From the UHGV virus genome UHGV-0356621: DNA of 43,895 nt; one strand, given 5' to 3'. The notes under the pieces are model-generated. The model did not search any database. It saw only the letters and a list, made by a program, of their open reading frames with translations, and was not told the origin of the DNA. The position numbers and the translations under genes were made by a program. This document shows, piece after piece, positions 26,982-36,036 of the stretch; position 1 is the stretch's first letter, and the number at the start of each line of letters is the position of its first letter. This DNA is from a virus.

Positions 26982-27623
26982 TCATGCGGACTCCTTCTGC
27001 TTTGGTCCGCGATATTCACCATACAGAGGTGCTCTTCCTCTTGGCCTGGTATGCCTGTGGGTTACTTTGGGAGAAAAAAGCGCATCCTCTACATTCATTC
27101 CATTTTTTAGTCGACGCTTGATGGATGTTTCTGATACTGAAACGCGAGGATCCCTTGACCATTCTGTGGCGGTTTTCGTTTCGCCATTAAAAGTTATGGC
27201 TGTGCGTCCTTTTTTTGTGTGCTCAGGGATATGCACTCGAGATCGCATGACATTACACGCCCTGCACAGCACCCTAAGATTTGAGTCCGCATTGTTATCA
27301 ACAACCTCATCAATGTGATCAATATGCGCGGTTTTCCATGTGACCTCCTTGCCGCATTTTTCGCATGGTGGAAGTGTTTCTCCATAACGGTCGTAAACAA
27401 CTTTTCGGTGCTCATATACGCAACCATTCGCCATTGATAGTGGGTGATCAGGAATTTTGAGCATTTGATATCCTTTCGCATTTTTATGCCTGAATTTCCC
27501 TTTACCGTTTTTTGTGAGTTCGTAGGTCCCGTAGCGCATCATTCGGAAGTAGTGCATTTGACAGATACCCTTCCCTGGGTAGTGTTTGCATTCACGATCA
27601 CAACCTTCAACTTTGCATTTCAT
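26982..27623 (-). CDS. HNH homing endonuclease
   Basis: Cys-rich N-terminus and HNH motif HIDHIDEVVDNNADSNLRVLCRACN; C-terminal DNA-binding-like segment; ATGA overlap with NinG. Confidence 0.75.
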   Translation of the reverse strand: MKCKVEGCDRECKHYPGKGICQMHYFRMMRYGTYELTKNGKGKFRHKNAKGYQMLKIPDHPLSMANGCVYEHRKVVYDRYGETLPPCEKCGKEVTWKTAHIDHIDEVVDNNADSNLRVLCRACNVMRSRVHIPEHTKKGRTAITFNGETKTATEWSRDPRVSVSETSIKRRLKNGMNVEDALFSPKVTHRHTRPRGRAPLYGEYRGPKQKESA

Positions 27624-28267
27624 GCTGCACTCTCCTGTAATTTTTGACGGCGCTTCATCAGTGCACTGGCCCTGCGGGAAAAAATTGCTTTCACCCGCTT
27701 CAGGTAGGTAACGTCAAACCGGCGTGGGGCATTGTCAGCTTCGAGCCGCTCTACGCGCTCAAGGCCAATGCGATTAACCAGGCGGATCCGGTACTCGACA
27801 GCATTACCGCTCAACTGTCGGTTACAGCGGGTGCAAGCGGAGTGGACGTTAAACACGTTGAATTTGAGGTGTGAGGCAGCGCCGCGTGAACGGTAATGGC
27901 TGGCGTCAATGGCGCTGCCAGTCAGGTAATTGCTTTTTCCCATAAGTGGATTGCCGCAACTGACACATGGCTTACCTTCATCGCGGATCCGGATGTAGCG
28001 ATTGAAAGCTGATTGAGCCTCTTTATCCCACTGAGATTTAGACTTGAGTGACTCACGCTTGGCCTTACGGCGTTTGCGCCCGGCCTTCTCTGCCTCCTTC
28101 TGCTCTTTGATGCGCTTCGCCGCGGCCTTAACCTTCTCCTTTTCGCGCTCTTCCATCGCGAGGATTGCGCCGTGCTCCGGGCTGCACCAGCGGATCCGGA
28201 TATCGTGGAATTTCGGCACGAAGTATTCCCCGCATACTTTGCACTTACGGCGGGATGGTTTACGCAT
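27620..28267 (-). CDS. ninG: NinG (Rap) recombination protein
   Basis: [11 protein letters not shown]...WCSPEHG N-terminus, central basic K/E/R stretch, and ...SGN.V.YR..L..RIG..V matching lambda NinG; ATG at 28267. Confidence 0.8.
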   Translation of the reverse strand: MRKPSRRKCKVCGEYFVPKFHDIRIRWCSPEHGAILAMEEREKEKVKAAAKRIKEQKEAEKAGRKRRKAKRESLKSKSQWDKEAQSAFNRYIRIRDEGKPCVSCGNPLMGKSNYLTGSAIDASHYRSRGAASHLKFNVFNVHSACTRCNRQLSGNAVEYRIRLVNRIGLERVERLEADNAPRRFDVTYLKRVKAIFSRRASALMKRRQKLQESAA

Positions 28268-28928
28268 GTTCACCGCCTTGCACCTTTACCAGCGTGAGGT
28301 TTCCGCAGAACACGGCGCCGGTGTCGATGTACATCTGGTTGGCATACTTCAGGGGCTGGCGCGCTGGGGTGTGGCCGAAGATAAACAGATCAGCACCGGC
28401 TATCGTCGATACAATGCCGTCCTGTGCGTCGCTAACCCTCTCACGATTCCAGATGACCATATCTTTCGGGATGGGCTTATCGAACGCATATTCGTTATGC
28501 GGGTAGTCAGCGTGGCAGATAACGATTTTACGCTCAGCGGTAACCAGCTCGATGACGAGTGGCAGCTCAGCTGCTTTGTGAACCAGAGCCTTAGCCAGCA
28601 CTTCTTTGTCATAGTCGAGATTGAAGAACCAGCCGCCACCATTTGCCAACCAGTGATTGACGTTTCCATACTCCGATAGCCCATCAATCATCATCTGCTC
28701 ATGGTTGCCACGAACAGCACGGAACCACGGCATAGTAATCAGATCCAGGCATTCGACGTTTTCCGCGCCGCGGTCAACAAGGTCTCCAACCGAAATCAGC
28801 AAATCGCACGCAGGGTCGAACGAAACTTTTTCGAGCTCATTCATCAGCAGGGTGTAGCACCCATGCAGATCGCCGACAACGAAGATATTGCGCCAGTCAG
28901 CGCCATTAATGCGTTGATACATGCTCAT
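28260..28928 (-). CDS. Ser/Thr protein phosphatase (lambda NinI-like)
   Basis: GDLHG, GDLVDRG and GNHE metallophosphatase motifs; ATG at 28928 after GAGGAGAAAA. Confidence 0.85.
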   Translation of the reverse strand: MSMYQRINGADWRNIFVVGDLHGCYTLLMNELEKVSFDPACDLLISVGDLVDRGAENVECLDLITMPWFRAVRGNHEQMMIDGLSEYGNVNHWLANGGGWFFNLDYDKEVLAKALVHKAAELPLVIELVTAERKIVICHADYPHNEYAFDKPIPKDMVIWNRERVSDAQDGIVSTIAGADLFIFGHTPARQPLKYANQMYIDTGAVFCGNLTLVKVQGGEHA

Positions 28929-29095
28929 GCGGATTTTCTCCTCGCCGCGAGACGCAGCCATTTCTGATCCACCAGGCGGGCGGTGTAGCCCTTCAGTGTC
29001 GGGATGTCGGACGGCTTAACCGCGGGCTTGCGCTGGCGGCGCGCCGGAACGCGGAAGATTTCGTTTGTGATGACGCGTGCGAGAGGGTTATTCAT
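28925..29095 (-). CDS. Small hypothetical nin-region protein (56 aa), translationally coupled on both sides
   Basis: [27 protein letters not shown]...; its ATG overlaps the NinB stop and its TGA overlaps the phosphatase ATG (ATGA overlaps). Below the 60-aa track cutoff. Confidence 0.45.
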   Translation of the reverse strand: MNNPLARVITNEIFRVPARRQRKPAVKPSDIPTLKGYTARLVDQKWLRLAARRKSA

Positions 29096-29529
29096 GCAAG
29101 CCTCCCAAAGTAATCGCCACGATAACGGACATCGCGAAGTTGGATGTTCTGGCTGACGGCGAAAGCCTGGGTGTACTCAATCAGGCTGTTCATCCTTTTG
29201 ATCCCCATCGATGAGGTGCTTTCGCGAATTGCCACCAATTCTCCCTCAAGTCCGGCAATAACCTTCCCCCGCCCGCCAGTGGCAATGGAGTGACCGGAAA
29301 CCAAAATTGATTTCCACGACGGAAGCGACCACGCAGAGCCAGCCCACTGAATGCGATGCTTTGCCAGATCGCCGCAAAGCGCGTGGAACAGTGAATTCTG
29401 AGGAAGAGTGCGCTTAGGGTCGGCAAAACTCACCACGAGCGGGAAATCTGCGTTTACAGGCTGCTTGTTGATGTAGTCGATGAGGTTGCGGCGAACCTGC
29501 TCATCACGTAGGTAGAATTTGATACTCAT
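29092..29529 (-). CDS. ninB: NinB (Orf) recombination protein
   Basis: PKRTLPQNSLFHALCGDLAKH...W.G..W.L.SWK resembles the lambda NinB RSLDQN...LGDV core; ATG at 29529 with GGAGGTG RBS. Confidence 0.7.
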   Translation of the reverse strand: MSIKFYLRDEQVRRNLIDYINKQPVNADFPLVVSFADPKRTLPQNSLFHALCGDLAKHRIQWAGSAWSLPSWKSILVSGHSIATGGRGKVIAGLEGELVAIRESTSSMGIKRMNSLIEYTQAFAVSQNIQLRDVRYRGDYFGRLA

Positions 29530-29740
29530 ACGCCACCTCCGAGAGGTAACGCAGAATGCAGAAAATCGCAGGTGCATTTCTGCATCTGTGACAAGGTGAG
29601 GATTTCAGATTGTGGTCGCATTTAAGTCCCCTTAAATGCGAAGAAGTCACCGGAGTTGTTCAGGCTCCGATGACTTAATTATGGATGGATGATTATTGGA
29701 AATCAAACGTTGCTTGACGTTTAGTTATGCGTCGAATGGG

Positions 29741-29995
29741 TTAGGTATTATGTGATACCACTGTTGGCGAACTGAGTGGGTAGGCGACGCCGATAGGGTG
29801 CTTGCCATTGCAGATAAAACACCGCATCTCGCTAAGCACCTGAGGAGAGGTAGTGATCGTCTTCGGATGATCGTCCTCGCTCAATGCATCACGGAACGCT
29901 ACCGCAACAACCTTCCCGCCGAAAGCCTCCATGTGGGCATGCACTGGCGGCTCCTTGCCGTCTTCAAACTCAATGACGAAAGTTAACTTACCCAT
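29741..29995 (-). CDS. Hypothetical protein
   Basis: 84 aa; ATG verified; TAATG overlap with the upstream gene. Confidence 0.4.
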   Translation of the reverse strand: MGKLTFVIEFEDGKEPPVHAHMEAFGGKVVAVAFRDALSEDDHPKTITTSPQVLSEMRCFICNGKHPIGVAYPLSSPTVVSHNT

Positions 29996-30576
29996 TACGC
30001 CTCCTGCTGCGGTGCTGCTGGCAGCGATTTAATCCAAGCGGCTGCCAGAAGACGACTCCACGCATCCTTAGAATCCTCAGCGCCGTAATCAATAATCGAG
30101 TCGAATTCGTCTAGAATGGCTATCGTAGGTTCAACCGGCACCGCAACCCAACCATCCGGAATCACCGGAGAGTTGAGTTGTTCGGAATTACCGAACGACT
30201 GAAGCATGGCGGCGCGGCAGGCGTTCCAGCCGACAGCTTTTCCGTGTTCAAACGCGCTGTCAAAGTCATCATCAATTTCCATCGCAGCGGGCACAGATAC
30301 CGGCGCTGGCGGGGCGGTGTAGAGAGTACGAGTGTCCTCACCGTCGCTGCTAAGGCGAATCATTTCATCCTCGTCTACGTCAGACCAGGTATCATCGCTG
30401 TTGCCGTAGACTTGATGCACAGCCTCCGCTTCGAGCGATGCCAGCGCGATACGCGCATTATTAATCAGGAGGCTATCAGCAGGAGATAAAACAACATGAG
30501 CGTTACCATCCGCATCAATTTCAGAATTCGTAATTTTTCTGAACAGCTTTGCCAGTTCTTTGGTAATATTGCTCAT
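29995..30576 (-). CDS. Hypothetical acidic protein
   Basis: 193 aa; ATG with GGTGAGGA RBS. Confidence 0.45.
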   Translation of the reverse strand: MSNITKELAKLFRKITNSEIDADGNAHVVLSPADSLLINNARIALASLEAEAVHQVYGNSDDTWSDVDEDEMIRLSSDGEDTRTLYTAPPAPVSVPAAMEIDDDFDSAFEHGKAVGWNACRAAMLQSFGNSEQLNSPVIPDGWVAVPVEPTIAILDEFDSIIDYGAEDSKDAWSRLLAAAWIKSLPAAPQQEA

Positions 30577-30579
30577 GGG

Positions 30580-31011
30580 TTAGTCCTCACCTTTCTGTTG
30601 CACTACCGGAACCGATAAATCGACGCACCAGGAGATAACGCCGAATTGATCATCGTTCTGCGCTTCACCCCAAACGTAATATTTTGATCCTGGCCGACCC
30701 ATTGCCGGGTCAAATACTTCTATGCCGCGTTCTGCCGTTAACGACATCAGAATCTGATGCAGGCCGCCTTTGATGTTCAGTGACGGAACGGTCAGGAAGT
30801 AAATAAACCCGTAAAGCAATTCGGCCTTGCGCTGGCTTCCGTAAAAATACGGGATTTTGTAATAATCCAGCGCGTCGTCGAGCCAGTCTGTTTTGTCGTG
30901 GAATTTCTGATGCCAGCGTTCCACTACCTCATCGACAGGTTGACCGGCAACCATTGCAACGCAGGTAGCCATGCAGGTGTTAAATGTTGGCTGCATTTGA
31001 TGTTGAAGCAT
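30580..31011 (-). CDS. Hypothetical protein with conserved Cys/His (possible thiol hydrolase fold, speculative)
   Basis: 143 aa; N-terminal FNTCMATCVAMV and later GGLHQ; ATG at 31011. Confidence 0.4.
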   Translation of the reverse strand: MLQHQMQPTFNTCMATCVAMVAGQPVDEVVERWHQKFHDKTDWLDDALDYYKIPYFYGSQRKAELLYGFIYFLTVPSLNIKGGLHQILMSLTAERGIEVFDPAMGRPGSKYYVWGEAQNDDQFGVISWCVDLSVPVVQQKGED

Positions 31012-31724
31012 CACTCCCCCTTACCGATGCCAGCGGCGCGGTCTATGCGTTCGATTTCAGCCAGAATTAAAGCCCCTGCTTTTACCAGGTTGCGACGGCG
31101 GGCATTTGGCTTCCACCATGAAGCATCCCAAGGCCACCCCCACGGCTTGCCACCATTGCGGTTAACAGTTCCTGTTTCGTTTATGTAACAAACCGCCGCC
31201 ATTGCCAGTTCCCCGTTGCAGTGTTCGTCATCATGCTCAGGCGTCCATCCCTCAACTGATTGATGGCGTTGACGCTCTGCAATTACTGACTGAACGGCAT
31301 TGGATAGCGATTTCACACCCTGCGCACGCACTTCAGCCAGGAAAGCGTCGGTGGCTGGGGTTTTGGCATTCTCCAATAATGCTATTGAATCCTGAGCGTC
31401 ACAAAGACGTAATAGTGCGTCCATTTGCTCGCCATCAGCGTCATAGCTGAATAGACCATGATCATCATGATGTGCTTCCATATTTTCTGAGGCCTGCAGT
31501 ATTCCAGACTTCAGCCCAGCATTCTCCACAGCCAGCGCCGCGCACTTGGCCTCAAGGTTATCAATCGTGATTCCAGCAGAACGACACTCCCGCAACGCCG
31601 TTTCTAGTTTTGATTCAAGTTCACCGAACTTACGGACAAGATATTCAGCGTTTGTTTCGTTAACCTTTAAATCTCGTGGAATGCACTTGCCACGCAGAAA
31701 ACCTTCCATCTCAAATAATTTCAT
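31011..31724 (-). CDS. Hypothetical phage protein with Trp-rich C-terminal domain
   Basis: 237 aa from the ATG at 31724 (strong GGAGGG RBS); C-terminus KPWGWPWDASWWKP...RNLVKAGALILAEIERIDR looks like a conserved phage domain I cannot name with confidence. Confidence 0.45.
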   Translation of the reverse strand: MKLFEMEGFLRGKCIPRDLKVNETNAEYLVRKFGELESKLETALRECRSAGITIDNLEAKCAALAVENAGLKSGILQASENMEAHHDDHGLFSYDADGEQMDALLRLCDAQDSIALLENAKTPATDAFLAEVRAQGVKSLSNAVQSVIAERQRHQSVEGWTPEHDDEHCNGELAMAAVCYINETGTVNRNGGKPWGWPWDASWWKPNARRRNLVKAGALILAEIERIDRAAGIGKGE

Positions 31725-32065
31725 ACCCCTGCCCTCCCCCAAACCATCAATACTCGCTTCATCGCCGCGCTGTTGCGGCACTCCTGGCAGATCACGTTTG
31801 CCTCTGTACGCTGCACCAGCTTCGAATTTCCCTTCGGCATAGCCGGGATTGTTTCTGGTGCGTATTTCATGCCGTAATCGGTCAGCCGATAAAGCCGCTG
31901 TCCGTGCTTGCCTTCGAACTCGATCAAGCCGTCTGCCAGCAGCGTGCTCACCGTTCCGGATATCTTTTTGGTGGTCATGCCGATCATGCTGGCAATACGA
32001 GCACTGTTCAGGCACGGGTTGTTACGCAGGGCTGCCAGCACCTGCTCACGGATTGTTATGTTCAT
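31721..32065 (-). CDS. Hypothetical DNA-binding (winged-helix-like) protein
   Basis: 114 aa from the ATG at 32065; LAALRNNPCLNSARIASMIGMTTKKISGTVSTLLADGLIE resembles a winged helix; coupled to P upstream and to the next gene downstream. Confidence 0.4.
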   Translation of the reverse strand: MNITIREQVLAALRNNPCLNSARIASMIGMTTKKISGTVSTLLADGLIEFEGKHGQRLYRLTDYGMKYAPETIPAMPKGNSKLVQRTEANVICQECRNSAAMKRVLMVWGRAGV

Positions 32066-32066
32066 G

Positions 32067-32756
32067 TCACACCATCCCGTTCGACTTGTTGCGGTTGTAC
32101 TTGGCCAGCAGCAGCTGGATCGGCGTCGGCCCTTGCTCGGCAGCTGGTGCGGCAATAGCCCGGCGTACCGGCGGCACTGGCTTACCCTCGGTGACGCGCC
32201 TTTCCCACATGTCCAGCAGATCGCCTGCCTCGCGTGCCAGTTCACCATGCGTTAACTGGCGCTCGGTGCTGCGGTGGCGCAATTCTACGCAAATGTGGTA
32301 CATGACCGGCTGCGACCATGGAAATTGCTCGCTGGAGATGAATTCGAACGAGCGGTTACGCCAGTCCCAGTATTCGGCGATCACCTGGTCAACGTTGACG
32401 CCCAGCGCGCCGCCGCTCTGCTTGCACCAGGCGACGAACTGGCCCGGCGACGGCAGGAATGGGCGCTCCTGGCGGCGGGCAATGCGCATGCCGGCATCGA
32501 CCTGAGCCATGGTGTGGATCCCGTTCTCCTGAAACGCCAGCAGCCACTGACGGCGGAATTCGTTCAGGTCTTCCTGGGTGCGGAAGTTCGCCATGCTGGC
32601 CGGGAACGCGGCGCGCAGCTCGTTGAACAGCTTGTTGAATACCTGCGCTACCTGCTCGACCGGTGCACGTTCCTGGTACTGCTCTGGCAGGTTATGGGCC
32701 ATGCGGCTCATCTGCTCGCGGTCGTGGTTACGCATCTGCTCTGCAAGAGATTTCAT
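32067..32756 (-). CDS. P: Replication protein P (helicase loader)
   Basis: Closely matches lambda P: MKSLAEQMRNHDREQMSRMAHNLPEQY... and RPFLPSPGQFVAWC identical to the lambda motif. Confidence 0.9.
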   Translation of the reverse strand: MKSLAEQMRNHDREQMSRMAHNLPEQYQERAPVEQVAQVFNKLFNELRAAFPASMANFRTQEDLNEFRRQWLLAFQENGIHTMAQVDAGMRIARRQERPFLPSPGQFVAWCKQSGGALGVNVDQVIAEYWDWRNRSFEFISSEQFPWSQPVMYHICVELRHRSTERQLTHGELAREAGDLLDMWERRVTEGKPVPPVRRAIAAPAAEQGPTPIQLLLAKYNRNKSNGMV

Positions 32757-33685
32757 CGCATCACCTCATAGGCCCAGTCAGTGTTGTTGAAGTCCAGATC
32801 CGGCTTGCCAGATTCTTCGCCTGTCTGCTGCTTGTTGCGTTTGATATCGAGCTGAGTCCACTTGTCGCGCAGCGTTGCCGGACATAGAACATTTCCCTTC
32901 CAGAACTTGTCGTTACAGGCCCATTTGAACAGGGCAGCAATTTCGTAGTGGGTGCGATCGTCACGCTCGCGCATCAGGCGGATGTCGTTAGCCCACGCTG
33001 CATAGTTTGGTTTTTTGGCAGATGGTGAAATGCTTTGCACCATGGTGAACAGCCATTCCGCGCAGCGAAGGTCTTCAGAGTTACCCCACTTTGTGCCGCT
33101 CTGAATTGCCGCTTCAGGTTTCATGACAGGCGGTTTCTTTCCGGGCTTGTCAGAGGATTCGTCAGAATTCTCGGACGTAGAGTTATTTATATTCTTGTTA
33201 TTACCTTCTTGTTCATGATGTGCGGGGAATTGTGCGGCCTTATGTGCGGCATACCCATCTGAACCCGCGCCGTTACTGACTTCATCATGTGCGCCTGTAT
33301 GTGCGGCTTTATGTGCGGGTAAATCGTCCATTTTTTGAGCATATTCGACGTAATTTGTGATGGTGATCACCCTGCCTTTTCGTTTCTCTCCCTCGATGGA
33401 AATCATCCCTTCGCGGACGAAAACTGACAGCATTCTCTCCACAGCGTCGCGGCTTGTCGGGTTGCCCTGACGGTCACACAACTGAAGGCCAAGATCTGCA
33501 GCAGTGACGACCAGTTGACCGGGTTGCAGAGGCCATTGCTTGCCCTTGAAGAATGCCGTGTATGGCTGTCTGGCTGCGTCAATGAGCAGGTTCTCCCACA
33601 GCGCGCGCAGGAACACATCCTTAGCCCAGGACTTCTTCTTGATGCTCCGGTACAACGGGACGTAACCAGACTTCTGGTTCTCCAT
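32753..33685 (-). CDS. O: Replication initiator O-like protein containing the iteron origin
   Basis: Directly upstream of P, with iteron repeats inside the coding sequence as in lambda O; ATG at 33685 with AAGGAG RBS (track start 33742 is GTG). Confidence 0.65.
   Translation of the reverse strand: MENQKSGYVPLYRSIKKKSWAKDVFLRALWENLLIDAARQPYTAFFKGKQWPLQPGQLVVTAADLGLQLCDRQGNPTSRDAVERMLSVFVREGMISIEGEKRKGRVITITNYVEYAQKMDDLPAHKAAHTGAHDEVSNGAGSDGYAAHKAAQFPAHHEQEGNNKNINNSTSENSDESSDKPGKKPPVMKPEAAIQSGTKWGNSEDLRCAEWLFTMVQSISPSAKKPNYAAWANDIRLMRERDDRTHYEIAALFKWACNDKFWKGNVLCPATLRDKWTQLDIKRNKQQTGEESGKPDLDFNNTDWAYEVMR
33181..33320. repeat. Candidate origin of replication: about six TGTGCGG iterons plus adjacent AT-rich stretch inside the O-like gene
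   Basis: ATGTGCGG-like motif recurs at roughly 10-20 bp spacing between 33214 and 33320; AT-rich GAGTTATTTATATTCTTGTTATTACC at 33180-33206. Confidence 0.65.
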
Positions 33686-33867
33686 CCTGTTGCTCCTTGC
33701 GGCTGAGTGCGCCGCGAAATTTGCGTAAGCGACGTTCGACACAGTTAAACCTCCTGCGCCTGGCGTTTTGGATTAGCGTTTGTCATAATGACCTCGCAAT
33801 TGACTGACGTTTGTTGCACCAGAAAGCCGGTTCTGTTCGCGCAGACCGGCTTTTCCCCTTTCTACGT

Positions 33868-34089
33868 TCATGCTTCAAAATCTCCCTTCTCTCCATCCCT
33901 GTTCGAAATCAGGATGGCAAGCAGCAGCGACATGTTCGGTACCAGGTTTTCCCGCCACCGGCTGACTGTGGATTTGTTGATGCCAGCTACTTCGGCTATC
34001 CGGGCGGTACCCAGATCAGCGATTTGCCGCTGCACCCAGCTCTCAATTCGTCGTGCCTCCGCTTTGTTGCGTGTCGTTAAGGTCTCCAT
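33868..34089 (-). CDS. cII: CII-like transcriptional activator
   Basis: NKAEARRIESWVQRQIADLGTARIAEVAGINKSTVSRWRENLVPNMSLLLAIL aligns with lambda CII (NEALRIESALLNKIAMLGTEKTAEAVGVDKSQISRWKRDWIPKFSMLLAVL). Confidence 0.8.
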   Translation of the reverse strand: METLTTRNKAEARRIESWVQRQIADLGTARIAEVAGINKSTVSRWRENLVPNMSLLLAILISNRDGEKGDFEA

Positions 34090-34116
34090 TTGCGATACTT
34101 CCTCTGAATTAATTGG

Positions 34117-34350
34117 TTATGCCGCGGTATTTCGCGGCGAGGCAAAAACCAGGCTCTCTTTGAGCACCGGATCCTGGCGGTGAAATTTTTTTGTGGCATC
34201 TTCGATAGCCGATGCCATTTCTGGTGATGCGCGACGATTTCCGTAAGCGATCTGGTCCAGATAACCTGGCGTTGTGTTTGCCAGTTTTGCGAGCTGCGCC
34301 CATTCGTCTGTAGTGGCGCCCTTACGCCAGCGATGCAGTTCAGTACTCAT
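34117..34350 (-). CDS. cro: Cro-like repressor (YdaS/Cro-type HTH)
   Basis: 77-aa HTH protein divergent from cI across an operator region and followed by cII. Confidence 0.6.
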   Translation of the reverse strand: MSTELHRWRKGATTDEWAQLAKLANTTPGYLDQIAYGNRRASPEMASAIEDATKKFHRQDPVLKESLVFASPRNTAA

Positions 34351-34382
34351 TGGTGTCTCCGGTTGAGTCGTTTGATTTGGAG

Positions 34383-34448
34383 TTTAGCGTTATGCTAAAT
34401 ACTACGCAAGCAACATTTAGCAATTTGCACATTTATCATTTTGCTAAA
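34383..34448. promoter_or_regulatory. OR-like operator cluster with divergent promoters, 17-bp sites TTTAGC-N5-GCTAAA
   Basis: Perfect site 34383-34399 TTTAGCGTTATGCTAAA; second site 34432-34448 TTTATCATTTTGCTAAA; weaker half-site at 34416-34432. Confidence 0.6.
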
Positions 34449-34466
34449 AGCAGTAACAATGCAGGG

Positions 34467-35144
34467 ATGGAAAATAAAGAAATCAGAAAAGCCAACCTGG
34501 AAGCGCTGTATGAGAAGCGCCAGCACGAGTCTGGAATGACAAAGGCGCAGTTCGCCGAGCTCATCGAGACAAGTCCGGCTGCGCTTAGCCAGCTGCTGGG
34601 ACCAAACCCTCATCGCAATATCGGCGATAAGATGGCTCGCAAAATTGAAAGTGCGCTTGATCTGCCTTTTGGTTGGATGGATGTTTTACACACCAGTGAA
34701 GAACCTTCGAACGTTGCATTTCGAGGACTGAACGAGACAAAAGGAAGTTATCCTGTAATCAGCTGGGTAAGCGCGGGGCAATGGATGGAAGCTGTAGAAC
34801 CTTATCACCGAAGAGCGATAGATCGCTGGTATGACACGACTGTTGACTGCTCAGAAGATTCATTCTGGCTGGACGTTAAAGGGGATTCTATGACCTCCCC
34901 GGCTGGACTGAGCATACCCGAGGGAGCAGCGATACTTGTTGATCCTGAAGTCGAGCCGCGCAACGGAAAGCTGGTTGTCGCGAAGCTAGAAGGCGATAAC
35001 GAAGCGACCTTTAAGAAGCTTGTAATCGATGCCGGCAGACGCTTCCTAAAGCCCCTTAACCCCGCATATCCAATGCTAGAAATTAATGGAAACTGCAAAA
35101 TCATCGGCGTTGTGGTTGATGCCAAAATACTAAACATCCCATAA
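34467..35144 (+). CDS. cI: CI repressor (N-terminal HTH, C-terminal S24 LexA-like autopeptidase domain)
   Basis: HTH segment MTKAQFAELIETSPAALSQL; C-terminal GDSMTSP (Ser nucleophile) and later Lys; ATG at 34467. Confidence 0.85.
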   Translation: MENKEIRKANLEALYEKRQHESGMTKAQFAELIETSPAALSQLLGPNPHRNIGDKMARKIESALDLPFGWMDVLHTSEEPSNVAFRGLNETKGSYPVISWVSAGQWMEAVEPYHRRAIDRWYDTTVDCSEDSFWLDVKGDSMTSPAGLSIPEGAAILVDPEVEPRNGKLVVAKLEGDNEATFKKLVIDAGRRFLKPLNPAYPMLEINGNCKIIGVVVDAKILNIP

Positions 35145-35163
35145 CCTCACGCAAAACCCCTCA

Positions 35164-35189
35164 AGCCCGCCATCGCGCGGGCTTTTTTA
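35164..35189 (+). terminator. Rho-independent terminator after cI
   Basis: GCCCGC-CATCGC-GCGGGC followed by TTTTTT. Confidence 0.7.
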
Positions 35190-35227
35190 CGTCCCGAATT
35201 CCTTCGCTGTAAATTTTTAATCGCTTA

Positions 35228-35302
35228 TTAATCAATACGCTAAATAAAACCATTCAACAATTTAGCATTTTGCTATTGCGCATAATTTAGCATCACGCTA
35301 AA
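35228..35302. promoter_or_regulatory. OL-like operator cluster / candidate leftward early promoter
   Basis: Sites 35261-35277 TTTAGCATTTTGCTATT and 35286-35302 TTTAGCATCACGCTAAA (perfect), plus a weaker site ending GCTAAA at 35244; same consensus as the OR sites. Confidence 0.55.
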
Positions 35303-35862
35303 TTTACCCCATCGAAACGAAACATCGACAGCTGAGCGAAGTTAGCCAGCGGCGGACAGCAAGTCGCCTGCTTTTTTAACAAATCAGACTGAGTGACAGG
35401 CAAGCCGTAGCTCTCCTGGCAAAAAGAAATGGCACCCGATGGGATCGAGGTAAGCACTGAGTCCGTATGCGTACGGTAGGTGTAGAGGACCACGCTGCGA
35501 TGAGCTGATAAGTCACTCAATTTGAAGCGCTCCGATGATGGGGCGCTGATTCAACTTAGAGGAGTGATTCCAATGAAGAACTAAAGCGGACAGACCGCAG
35601 CCTAAAGGCAATGCAGCAGTAATGATGCCGCCCTGAGTCGCCGAATGGCGAGCCTGTGTAGTGATGGGTCAAGGTTCTTATATCAAAACAAGCTCCGGTA
35701 AAGCAGCGCGAACGCCAGACGCGCACCGGTTATGAGCGGCGATGAGCGACAAGGTCTCAAGGGCATGTGCGCGGCCACTGCGAGAGTGTGGCGAAGTTTA
35801 CCAGCAGCTCTTTGCGAGGGGCTGACGGCAAATCTACTCCACTTATTTAAAAGAGACGGTAT

Positions 35863-36036
35863 ATGGATAATCAGGATAATGAGTTAAGAAAGGTTGTTCA
35901 GGAACTTGCTGATGAAGAAGGCATCAGCTTTTCCGATGCCCTAGATGTTTCGATTAAAGCGCTGCGTTATGAGGTAGAGCGCAGAAAATCGTTTAACGGT
36001 GAAGCTGCTTGTGATGGCTCTGCAATTACTTCTTAG
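35863..36036 (+). CDS. Small acidic hypothetical protein (57 aa)
   Basis: ORF MDNQDNELRKVVQELADEEGISFSDALDVSIKALRYEVERRKSF...; first ORF downstream of the OL-like operators; 3' end overlaps the convergent gene by 11 bp. Below the track cutoff. Confidence 0.35.
   Translation: MDNQDNELRKVVQELADEEGISFSDALDVSIKALRYEVERRKSFNGEAACDGSAITS

Noticed and set aside
31849-32771. Plus-strand ORFs of 218 and 165 aa across the P/O region
   Set aside because: Antisense to the replication protein P gene, which matches lambda P closely; Ala/Arg/Ser-rich composition typical of spurious frames.
35293-35520. 75-aa minus-strand ORF just beyond the OL-like operators
   Set aside because: No RBS, low-complexity composition, and it overlaps the operator region; I treat the area as non-coding.
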